A program made the position numbers and the translations under genes. The notes beneath the pieces are model-generated. The model had not been told where the DNA came from, made no database searches, and was given only the letters and a program-made list of their open reading frames with translations. From the NCBI GenBank assembly GCA_002841595.1, contig PHAD01000089.1, positions 1-11,569 on the forward strand: DNA of 11,569 nt, written 5' to 3'. This document shows, piece by piece, positions 1 through 7,528 of this stretch. How positions within the stretch are numbered: position 1 is the stretch's first letter; each line of letters begins with the position of its first letter. The stretch is from Firmicutes bacterium HGW-Firmicutes-12. GTDB taxonomy: Bacteria > Bacillota > Peptococcia > DRI-13 > PHAD01.

Positions 1-1
1 T

Positions 2-1573
2 ATTAGCACCACAGTTATCCCGACAGGCGCAGGAACAATCACTGTAGAGGGAACAGTAGTAGCCAGTGGAGCAGTATCGGGAGCAATTGATTTTAGTGCA
101 GGCGTTGAAAAGACGGTTACGGTAATTGCTACCGAAACAGGCAAAACACCTAAGACCTATATAATCAAGGTAACAAGAGCGGTAGCACCTACCTATACAA
201 TCACAGCCATTGCTGATCAGACCATGACAGCAGTAACGGCAGGCTATGGTGCAGGTACGCAGGAGACAAAAACTCTGACCATAACCAGAACGGGAACAGG
301 TGACCTTTCGAGCGTAGCCACAGCCTTAAGCGGGGCAAACGCAGGAAGCTTTACCATAACCCAACCCCTCATCACAACATTAAATGACGGAACATCAAGT
401 ACAACTTTTACCATAAAAGCAAATAATGGACTAGCAGCGGGAAACTATACGGCAACCGTAACCGTATCAGCAACCAACATGACGAATGTGACCTTCACAG
501 TAACCCAGGTAGTAAATGCAGCCTCAGGAGGAGGCGGGTCCGGCGGAGGAGATTCAGGTGGAGACAGTACCCCTAGCCCAACCCCTGCTGCAACGATTCT
601 CAATGACATCACGACACCTGATGAGCAGAAACTAGAAACTAGTCTCCAGCAAACTGGTGAAGCGAAAATAGAACTAGCTTCTACAGCAACAGGTCAAGCC
701 AATATCACTGGAAACGTAATAGGTCAGCTATCCCAATTGCAAAAGCCACTGAATATAGCCGGTCAGGGTGTCAGCCTGCAGTTTGCCCCAGAATCTCTGC
801 AGACTTCCCAAATTAGCGGACAGAACAATAATGCCACCGTGCAAATCGGCGCAGCGGCCGTAACAACCCAAGAGCAACAGGAAATCCTAGCCGCCACTCC
901 CTTGGGTCAAAGCACGGGTGTCTTCCAGGTCGGTGGGCAGGTCTTCAACTTCACCGCTCAGCTTAGCACCACTTCCTCTAGCGGAAGTACCAGCACAGAG
1001 AGCATCACTAGCTTTGCCGAACCGGTAGCTGTCACCATTGACCTTTCAGGATTGTCTTTGACGCCGGAGCAGATCAGCCAGCTAACGGGGACCCGCTTGG
1101 AGAAAAATGAGCAAGGTGAAATCGTACCCGTATTTTTAGGCGGAACCTACGATCCTGTAAATAAAACCTTCACCTTCTATACCGACAAGTTCAGCCTCTA
1201 TACCGTATTGCAGAAGGACGGGATCGTTATTATGAACCTGACTATTGGCAATACAATAACTAAATTAAATGGAGCGGTTAAAACCATCGATGTTCCACCT
1301 AGCCTTATCAACAATCGCACCTTCGTGCCCCTACGCTTCATCGGCGAAGCATTGGGTGCCAGCTTTGACTGGAACGACAAGACCAAGACCGTAACCTTCC
1401 AATGCGGTGCCGAAAAACTAGCCCTAACCGTAGGGACAACTATCCCAGGTATGGATACACCACCTACCATCGTTAATGGGCGGACCATGGTGCCTCTACG
1501 TTACATCTCGGAAACCTTTGGAGCTCAGGTAATGTGGTTCCCTGCTAGTAGATCGGTTAGTGTAGTAAAATAG
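2..1573 (+). CDS. Cell-surface protein, 5'-truncated by the window edge. It has Ig-like beta-sandwich repeats, a Gly/Ser-rich linker, a Q/T/S-rich stalk and two C-terminal copper-amine-oxidase-N-terminal-like (cell-wall/S-layer-associated) domains.
   Basis: The frame is open from nt 2 with no stop until TAG at 1571-1573, so the ATG at 224 is internal. Repeated about 95-aa modules end in ...KTYIIKVTRA and ...VTFTVTQVV. A linker reads SGGGGSGGGDSGGDSTPSPTP. Two C-terminal repeats, NNRTFVPLRFIGEALGASFDWNDKTKTVTF and NGRTMVPLRYISETFGAQVMWFPASRSVSV, match the Cu_amine_oxidN1-type motif common in Clostridia surface proteins. Confidence 0.85.
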   Translation: MSTTVIPTGAGTITVEGTVVASGAVSGAIDFSAGVEKTVTVIATETGKTPKTYIIKVTRAVAPTYTITAIADQTMTAVTAGYGAGTQETKTLTITRTGTGDLSSVATALSGANAGSFTITQPLITTLNDGTSSTTFTIKANNGLAAGNYTATVTVSATNMTNVTFTVTQVVNAASGGGGSGGGDSGGDSTPSPTPAATILNDITTPDEQKLETSLQQTGEAKIELASTATGQANITGNVIGQLSQLQKPLNIAGQGVSLQFAPESLQTSQISGQNNNATVQIGAAAVTTQEQQEILAATPLGQSTGVFQVGGQVFNFTAQLSTTSSSGSTSTESITSFAEPVAVTIDLSGLSLTPEQISQLTGTRLEKNEQGEIVPVFLGGTYDPVNKTFTFYTDKFSLYTVLQKDGIVIMNLTIGNTITKLNGAVKTIDVPPSLINNRTFVPLRFIGEALGASFDWNDKTKTVTFQCGAEKLALTVGTTIPGMDTPPTIVNGRTMVPLRYISETFGAQVMWFPASRSVSVVK

Positions 1574-1585
1574 AAACATCATAAA

Positions 1586-1624
1586 GAACAAAGGTTCCAG
1601 GTAAAAGACCTGGAGCCTTTGTTC
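1586..1624 (+). terminator. Probable intrinsic terminator of the surface-protein gene.
   Basis: A 17-bp stem (gaacaaaggttccaggt / acctggagcctttgttc, one G-U wobble) flanks a 5-nt loop. The 3' side of the stem is U-rich and a TTTTT run lies 12 nt downstream. Confidence 0.5.
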
Positions 1625-1661
1625 CTCATAATTGATTTTTGGTAGTACGGAGGCAATAGCT

Positions 1662-2930
1662 ATGATGGATTTGATAGAATTTTTCATTACCCTTGGTTAT
1701 AGTATCGTCTTGATGTACATGCTTTTGGATATTGAGGTAAAGCGCATCAAGGGTATTTATCTGATGGGCTTATTTATGACCATCTTACTTGTCTGTGGTG
1801 TGTTTGTTTGGTTTAGCTTGGGTTATCAGAGCTTTATGATTTTCTACCCTATTTTTGTACAGGTGCCGTTATTTATATTATTCTGGTTTATTTCGAAGTA
1901 TAGAGGAATAAAGCTCCTTTTTGTTCTTTTGACGGTCATCGTTTTAGCTTCGCCTCCCATATTGCTTGGACAGATTGTTTCAGCAATCTTTGGCTACAAT
2001 GACCTGATATTAAATGTTGTTTGTATAGTTATGTATCTACCCATGACGTTAATAGTGTACAAGTATTTTCGTCCCTTATTTCTTTATATGCTACGCAATA
2101 CAAAAAAAGGTTGGGCAACATTTTGCTTGATACCACTTTCCTACAATGCATTTACTTGTATACTTGGAAGGTATGACGTAGAGCTGGTGAGAGAAGAACC
2201 CATATTATGGATTGATACGACGGTTGCTATTTTGATTATTGCAGCTTATGTGTTAATTTTACGTTTTTTTAAACAAACCAGAGAACAGCTTATTTTACAG
2301 AATGAACAGAATATCTTAGCAATGCAGGTGTCTGCCTTACAGGCTCGCTATGAAACAATAAAAGAAGCAGAGGGAAAAATGCTTATTTGTCGCCATGACT
2401 TGCGTCATCATTTGAACCTGCTAAATGGTTATTTGGCTGAGAATAAATTTGTAGAAATAAAAAAATATATTACGGAAATTGAGTCAAATTTTGAGGACAC
2501 AGAGATAAAAAAATATTGCAACAATGATGTTGTGAATTTGATTATGTCCTCTTATATAAATATGGCTAAGAATGAAAATATTCTGGTAGAGTCGCAGGTT
2601 TATATTCCTCAAGACTGTGCAGTTTCAGATATGGATTTGTGCATTATTCTAGCTAATGCCATAGAAAATGCTATATATGCCTGTATGAATATCGAAGATA
2701 TCAATACTAGAAAGATAAATATTAGCTGCAAGTCTAAAAATGATAAGCTGTTTATTCAAGTTACGAACAACTTCAGCGGTGAGGTCATATTCGCAGAGGA
2801 TATGCCCATAAGTGCAGAAGATAACCACGGTTTTGGTACAAAAAGCATAGCGGCTACCGTGCAAAAATATAGCGGACTTTATTCCTTTACCGCAGAGAAC
2901 GGGGTTTTTAAGGCAAGAGTTATTTTGTGA
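1662..2930 (+). CDS. Sensor histidine kinase of the AgrC/LytS/VirS (HPK10, GHKL HATPase_c_5) family, with a polytopic (about 7 TM) N-terminal sensor domain.
   Basis: A GGAGG site at 1649-1653 sits 8 nt upstream of ATG 1662; the ORF track's TTG at 1632 lacks an RBS. Seven hydrophobic helices occupy the first 200 aa. They are followed by a coiled-coil linker and the H-box ICRHDLRHHLNLLNGYL (the RHDxxNHL box of AgrC-like kinases). An N-box NAIENAIYAC and a G-box DNHGFGTKSI are also present. Confidence 0.85.
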   Translation: MMDLIEFFITLGYSIVLMYMLLDIEVKRIKGIYLMGLFMTILLVCGVFVWFSLGYQSFMIFYPIFVQVPLFILFWFISKYRGIKLLFVLLTVIVLASPPILLGQIVSAIFGYNDLILNVVCIVMYLPMTLIVYKYFRPLFLYMLRNTKKGWATFCLIPLSYNAFTCILGRYDVELVREEPILWIDTTVAILIIAAYVLILRFFKQTREQLILQNEQNILAMQVSALQARYETIKEAEGKMLICRHDLRHHLNLLNGYLAENKFVEIKKYITEIESNFEDTEIKKYCNNDVVNLIMSSYINMAKNENILVESQVYIPQDCAVSDMDLCIILANAIENAIYACMNIEDINTRKINISCKSKNDKLFIQVTNNFSGEVIFAEDMPISAEDNHGFGTKSIAATVQKYSGLYSFTAENGVFKARVIL

Positions 2931-3048
2931 TGGTACATTTCATTACTAAAAGCGACATCTCATGCAGGCGAGCTAATGGGAGAAAAAATAATTATTCAGC
3001 GGGAATGACCATGCAAGCAATAGTTACATATGAAGTGGAGGGTACTAT

Positions 3049-4134
3049 ATGGAAAAACAGATGGAAGCAAAGGACGCTCCGGAAAAGGTTGGTGTAGACA
3101 CACAAACCTTTGTCTGCGCAAATTGTGGTGGTGTTATTATGTATGACATCGGGAGTGAAAAGTTTAGGTGTGCCTCGTGTAAAGCGGAAAGCAACATAGA
3201 GAGTCTGTCGGAAGCGGTTTTGGAATATGACTTTAGTCAGTACGCCGAGCGGGAGAAAAACTCTATTGCCTTTGAGGGCCTAGCAGTGGTGCATTGTCAA
3301 AACTGCGGGTGTGAAATTACCTTTGAGGAGTCCCAGATAGCAACTACCTGTCCGATGTGTTCCTCAACGCAGGTGGCAGCCGTAAAACAAGCGGGAGGAA
3401 TACCACCGGAGGGGATTGTACCCTTTAAGATTGATAAAATTTCAGCCGGGCAGAAATTTAAGGAGTGGGTAAAGTCAAGATGGTTTGCACCCAATGACTT
3501 CAAGAAGAAATGCGGCGAGGGCTCGCTTAAGGGAATGTACCTGCCCTTTTGGACTTATGATGCTACGGCGATAGCTGCTTATACTGGGAAAGGTGGCAAT
3601 CGCCGAACCGAAAAAGACAGTGAAGGAAGAACTAAAACGGTAACCGACTGGACATTTACTTCGGGCGTAGTGAGCAAAAGCTTTGATGATGTACAAATCT
3701 GCGCTACGGAAAAGGAAAAAGATATTCAAGGGGTTATGCCCTTTAATACAGTGGGGAGCACAAAGCCCTTTGCCACCTCCTACCTCTCAGGGTTTCATGC
3801 AGAGCTTTATACAATAAAGGCGGACAAGGCCTTTGAAGTTGCAAAAAAAATTATGGAGAATGAGCTTCGCTCTCTTGCGGAGCAGGATATACGACGGAGG
3901 TACGATACAGCTCAGGTGAGCACCCTTAACACCAAACATTCCAACGTTACATATAAGCACCTACTGTTGCCAATATGGGCTTCAGTGTTTGGTTATAAAG
4001 GTAAAACCTACAATTACTTCGTTAACGGCGAAACAGGAGTGGTTGATGGGAGTCGACCCTACAGCGTTCCGAAAATAGCAAGAGCCATAATTATAGGAAT
4101 TATCATTATTGGTGTACTACTATTCGTTATCTAA
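3049..4134 (+). CDS. Tail-anchored membrane protein with an N-terminal double zinc ribbon and a middle domain of unknown function (possibly YdjG-like).
   Basis: A GGAGGG site lies 6 nt upstream of the ATG. Two C-x2-C-x13/15-C-x2-C ribbons are present (CANCGG...CASCK and CQNCGC...CPMCSS). The cytosolic domain of about 230 aa has no fold I recognise. A single C-terminal hydrophobic helix reads IARAIIIGIIIIGVLLFVI. The stop is TAA at 4132-4134. Confidence 0.8.
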   Translation: MEKQMEAKDAPEKVGVDTQTFVCANCGGVIMYDIGSEKFRCASCKAESNIESLSEAVLEYDFSQYAEREKNSIAFEGLAVVHCQNCGCEITFEESQIATTCPMCSSTQVAAVKQAGGIPPEGIVPFKIDKISAGQKFKEWVKSRWFAPNDFKKKCGEGSLKGMYLPFWTYDATAIAAYTGKGGNRRTEKDSEGRTKTVTDWTFTSGVVSKSFDDVQICATEKEKDIQGVMPFNTVGSTKPFATSYLSGFHAELYTIKADKAFEVAKKIMENELRSLAEQDIRRRYDTAQVSTLNTKHSNVTYKHLLLPIWASVFGYKGKTYNYFVNGETGVVDGSRPYSVPKIARAIIIGIIIIGVLLFVI

Positions 4135-4169
4135 TAATTAGGATGTAAAAAGATTGGAGGGAAGAACTT

Positions 4170-5252
4170 ATGGCATGGTTTGGACAAGGCAAGGATACCG
4201 TTGAATGGGAAGAATCCAGAGCAGATATGTTATTTTTTAAGTGGCCTGCCAAAGAAATTAAAAAAGGTGCGAAGCTGGTTATTCGTGCGGGACAAAAGGC
4301 AATCTTCTATGCAAACGGTGTAATCGAGGGCGTGTTTGAAAAGGCGGGTAGTTACGATATAGCTTCCGAGATTGTTCCCTTTCTCTCCACACTCAAAGGT
4401 GTCTTTGAGCTGAGAGGCGATACAGGAATGCGGGCAGAGGTCTATTTTGTTAATAGCAAGGAGCTCCTGTTGCCCTGGGGCACCCGTCAGCGTATTATGA
4501 TTCCAACACCGGAGGTTCCTTCGGGAATACCCGTTGGCTGTAACGGAAATCTGATCTTGGAATTTCGTGATTACCAAAAATTCATTGAGAAGGTTGCCGG
4601 CGTAAAGGAGTCTTATTCACTAGAGGATATTTCCGAGCGTATTATGGGTGAGCTGAACCCTGTGATTGCCGAAGCTATTTTAGGAGGACAGCAGAGCATT
4701 GGCGTAAATGCACTCATTGGCCTTCAGCAGAATAGCCGTATGCTAGGGCAAGCAATCAATGTAGAATTAGACAAAGAGCTATTAGATTTTGGCTTTGGTG
4801 CCGTTGATGTCAACATCCTTAGCATCAACTACCCGGCGGAAGTTCAGCAAATGGCCGAAAGAGTTGCCGCACAGTCCTTTGTAGGCAATGTTGGCAAATA
4901 TGCTGCCGTACAAATGGCAGACAGCTTTGACTCCCCCGGCGGCGGTAATAATATTGCCTCGATGGGTGCTCAGCTGGCGATGGGAGCGCAGATGGCACAG
5001 CAGATGGCTGGTGCTATGACCGGGGCCGGAGCAACCGCAGCGGCACAGCAACCAGTGTCACAAGCCGCTAACTCTGTCTGCACGGGCTGTGGAATTACCA
5101 GCACTACCCCAGCGAAGTTCTGTCTGGAGTGTGGTAAGCCTATGAAGCCTGCTGTAGCGGAGTCGACCGCAGGCACTGATCAATTCTGCCCCACCTGTCG
5201 CAAAATGGTAGCGGGTAAATTCTGTCCGGACTGTGGAACGCAGACAGTGTAA
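4170..5252 (+). CDS. SPFH-like (Band_7_1 / COG4260 'virion core protein-like', B. subtilis YdjI-like) protein with a low-complexity Q/A/G/M linker and a C-terminal double zinc ribbon.
   Basis: The start lies 35 bp after the upstream gene, with GGAGGG 8 nt before the ATG. The N-terminal 230 aa match the Band_7_1 signature (EWEESRADMLFFKWP...GAKLVIRAGQKAIFYANG...AEVYFVNSKELLLPWGT...NGNLILEFRDYQKF). Residues about 245-295 are a low-complexity stretch GGGNNIASMGAQLAMGAQMAQQMAGAMTGAGATAAAQQ. The C-terminus carries CTGCG-x10-CLEC and CPTC-x8-CPDC. Confidence 0.85.
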   Translation: MAWFGQGKDTVEWEESRADMLFFKWPAKEIKKGAKLVIRAGQKAIFYANGVIEGVFEKAGSYDIASEIVPFLSTLKGVFELRGDTGMRAEVYFVNSKELLLPWGTRQRIMIPTPEVPSGIPVGCNGNLILEFRDYQKFIEKVAGVKESYSLEDISERIMGELNPVIAEAILGGQQSIGVNALIGLQQNSRMLGQAINVELDKELLDFGFGAVDVNILSINYPAEVQQMAERVAAQSFVGNVGKYAAVQMADSFDSPGGGNNIASMGAQLAMGAQMAQQMAGAMTGAGATAAAQQPVSQAANSVCTGCGITSTTPAKFCLECGKPMKPAVAESTAGTDQFCPTCRKMVAGKFCPDCGTQTV

Positions 5253-5328
5253 CTGGAATCAGGCAACCAGACCAGCTAATCGGCCTGGGTGACATAATAT
5301 TCAAACTAAATTTATGGGGGAAATTTCT

Positions 5329-6165
5329 ATGAAAAAAATACTTTTACTTATTCTCGCGTTGGTTATGGTACTTAGCCTTGCTGCCTGTGGTGGAGAATCT
5401 CCTAGTGAAGCAGTGGCCTTGGTTGATGTCACCACTGAACTAGGTATTAGCCTTAAGCTTCCAAGTGATATGACAAAGCAAAGTGAAGTTATTTATGTTA
5501 ATATGGAAACAGGTGATGTAGCATCGTTTGGGGTAGAAGTTGGTGGAACCCCACTTTCTGACTGGAATGAGGAAACCGTTTTAACTACCTACCAAAGCAA
5601 GTATAAAGATGTTGTAATTAAAAGCTTTGAAAATGGTAAAAAAATTAATGGTAAAGAAGCTCTTGTCTCTAAGTTAACTTTAACAACTCCAAAGGGCAGT
5701 CCTTTAACCATGGCCTTAGTTATGCTTACTGATGGCAATAAAATATATGTTGTAAGTTTAGCCTATGGAACTGATAAAACAGAGGGCTCACTAGCCACAA
5801 ATCTACAAGCTTGCATTGACAGTATCACAATTAGTACTATTGCGGCAACGGTAGAAGATGATGCAGAAGAAGGCTATGCTACAGATGAGCAAAAGGAAGA
5901 AATGATAGATATGCTCGTCGAAATGTTTAATGGAGTGAATACAGACTTTCAAGGTATGATTGACCTTATGAATGAGAAAGGGTTAGTTGTAGAGGGTACT
6001 GAATTAACAGAGGATTTACTTGAATATACAGCAGCTTTAGAATATGTGCGCGATGGCTTGTCAGGAGAAACAATGACAAGTGCTGACGCTGAAGAATTCT
6101 TGGACATAATAGAAGCTACTGATGTTTTCATTGGCGAAACAATTGAAGCATATTTAGTAGATTGA
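5329..6165 (+). CDS. Lipoprotein of unknown function with an acidic C-terminal domain.
   Basis: The ATG at 5329 follows a GGGGG run by 8 nt, whereas the track's ATG at 5314 has no RBS. The signal peptide MKKILLLILALVMVLSLAACGG carries an L-A-A-C lipobox. The mature protein is D/E-rich at its C-terminus. No terminator separates it from the upstream SPFH gene. Confidence 0.8.
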   Translation: MKKILLLILALVMVLSLAACGGESPSEAVALVDVTTELGISLKLPSDMTKQSEVIYVNMETGDVASFGVEVGGTPLSDWNEETVLTTYQSKYKDVVIKSFENGKKINGKEALVSKLTLTTPKGSPLTMALVMLTDGNKIYVVSLAYGTDKTEGSLATNLQACIDSITISTIAATVEDDAEEGYATDEQKEEMIDMLVEMFNGVNTDFQGMIDLMNEKGLVVEGTELTEDLLEYTAALEYVRDGLSGETMTSADAEEFLDIIEATDVFIGETIEAYLVD

Positions 6166-6354
6166 TATTTAGTCAAAATAACTAGTCATAAGATTCACTT
6201 CATATACCAATTCCATATAATCCCAGATTGTGTTTGAATAGATTATAAGGTTGTAACCTTACGATGAGCGCCAATAAGGTGATGATATGTTTTCATGATC
6301 TACAGGGTATTCTACCTACTTAAACCCAATTATAGCAATTAAATAACTGAGAAT

Positions 6355-6396
6355 AAAAGTACAGTCTCCAGGCTTTAGGACTGTACTTTTTATTTT
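6355..6396. terminator. Intrinsic terminator, bidirectional in appearance, 190 bp downstream of the lipoprotein gene.
   Basis: The stem agtacagtc (6358-6366) pairs with gactgtact (6379-6387) across a 12-nt loop. It is preceded by AAAA and followed by TTTTTATTTT. Confidence 0.6.
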
Positions 6397-6491
6397 GCTA
6401 TAACGAAGGGGCCAAGCGGCTTGTTTACCAGCATTTTAATTCTATATTGGCAAAAACATTGTAAATATAAGCCATCTGATTTCACAATAAA

Positions 6492-6520
6492 TTTACTAAA
6501 TCGAATTATGATGCTATTAT
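6492..6520 (+). promoter_or_regulatory. Candidate sigma-A promoter for the AraC-family gene.
   Basis: TTTACT (6492-6497), a 17-nt spacer and TATTAT (6515-6520) lie about 55 nt upstream of the GTG start. Confidence 0.25.
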
Positions 6521-6575
6521 GAAACTGTAGTTTAATTAGGAGTAGCTCAGTTTATTGCAACAGGGGGAAAGATTT

Positions 6576-7358
6576 GTGGATGATAATGTTCATAAAGAGC
6601 GAAGTAACCTTGCGCACTCGTTTCAATCTGCTTTTGAAAACGAAGAATTACTAGCAAAGATTATTGAGTTCTTCCCCTATCCTATTCAAGTATATACGCC
6701 CGACGGGACGTCAGTTATGGTTAATCAAGCTTTACTCAGGGAATACCATATTTTTAGCTCGGATATGATAATAGGGAAATATAATATATTTGAGGATCCA
6801 TCCGTGATTGAACTTGGACTTTTGACGCATAAAGAAAAACTCTTTATGGGAGAAACAATATTTTTAACAGATATCAAAGTGCCTTTAAAAGAAATAGCTT
6901 TACGTTATGGCATAGAGGATTTAGATTTAGAAGCAGTATTTCAGGATATCACCATTTTCCCAATTATGGATAACAGCAATAAGCTATCCTATATAGTAGC
7001 ACTCTTAATAAATAGAAGGGTATACCGGGGTAAATACGAAATTGTTGAGGCAAGGGAGTACATAGAAAATCAATGGCTGAATCCATTTGATATGAATGAA
7101 ACGGCAAAAGCGGCAGGTCTCAGCAAAACTCATTTCAGGAGACTTTTTAAAAAACATACAGGAATGACGCCTCATGAATACTATATGAATTTTAAAATAA
7201 ATAAAGTCAAGGAAAAACTATCAGACCCCGATCTTTCCATTTCTCAGGCCTTTGCTGCTTGTGGAGCTGACTACAACGGGTATCTGGCAAGAAAATTTAA
7301 GGAAAAAGTAGGTGCTAGCCCATCCCAATACCGAAATAAGACAACACAAAATAAATAG
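6576..7358 (+). CDS. AraC/XylS-family transcriptional regulator with a PAS-like N-terminal sensor domain.
   Basis: The in-frame GTG at 6576 is preceded by GGGGGAAAG 8 nt upstream. The track's TTG at 6555 is an alternative start. The C-terminus has a double HTH of AraC type (ETAKAAGLSKTHFRRLFKKHTGMTPHEYYMNFKINKVKEKL...ISQAFAACGADYNGYLARKFKEKVGASPSQYR). The N-terminal segment IEFFPYPIQVYTPDGTSVMVNQALLREYHIF resembles a PAS core. The stop is TAG at 7356-7358. Confidence 0.85.
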   Translation: MDDNVHKERSNLAHSFQSAFENEELLAKIIEFFPYPIQVYTPDGTSVMVNQALLREYHIFSSDMIIGKYNIFEDPSVIELGLLTHKEKLFMGETIFLTDIKVPLKEIALRYGIEDLDLEAVFQDITIFPIMDNSNKLSYIVALLINRRVYRGKYEIVEAREYIENQWLNPFDMNETAKAAGLSKTHFRRLFKKHTGMTPHEYYMNFKINKVKEKLSDPDLSISQAFAACGADYNGYLARKFKEKVGASPSQYRNKTTQNK

Positions 7359-7377
7359 TTTTAACTTAGTATAGAAG

Positions 7378-7417
7378 CTAGGCTTCAAGGAATAACCTTA
7401 AGTCTAGTTTTTTATTT
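7378..7417 (+). terminator. Probable intrinsic terminator after the AraC-family gene.
   Basis: An imperfect stem of 8+4 bp with one bulge (ctaggctt-c-aagg, loop aataa, ccttaagtctag) is followed by TTTTTTATTT. Confidence 0.45.
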
Positions 7418-7528
7418 ACAGAAAGGGTTTTATTCTTATTAATGATAGTCAGATATCAACTATCTAAAAGGGTAACATTCCATTATAATTGTATGGAAAA
7501 TGATAGAAGGTGAAAGAGGAGGTTCTTT

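Noticed and set aside
509-600. Short G-rich tandem repeats (ggagg/ggcgg units) that could superficially resemble a repeat array.
   Set aside because: They are in-frame coding sequence for a Gly/Ser/Asp linker. There are no spacer-repeat periodicity, leader or cas genes, so this is not a CRISPR.
1198-1488. A 96-aa minus-strand ORF, and other antisense ORFs at 1496..1687, 2649..2864, 3297..3503, 3475..3729, 4230..4577, 4782..5051, 4970..5176, 5949..6176, 7926..8171 and 10956..11153.
   Set aside because: All lie entirely inside, and antisense or out of frame to, longer ORFs that have clear domain signatures. They have no RBS and low-complexity or Ala/Cys/Arg-rich composition typical of shadow ORFs in GC-richer coding DNA.
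1632-1661. TTG at 1632 (ORF-track start) as the kinase start codon.
   Set aside because: It has no ribosome-binding site and overlaps the upstream terminator's T-tract. The ATG at 1662 has a GGAGG site at ideal spacing.
5253-5290. Possible terminator hairpin (ccagc...gcctgg) after the SPFH gene.
   Set aside because: The stem is short and imperfect, and no U-tract follows. It is more likely intra-operonic secondary structure than a terminator.
5314-5328. ATG at 5314 as the lipoprotein start, and TTG at 6555 as the AraC start.
   Set aside because: The downstream in-frame starts (ATG 5329; GTG 6576) each have a G-rich Shine-Dalgarno at 8 nt. For the lipoprotein, the downstream start also gives a canonical K-rich n-region signal peptide.
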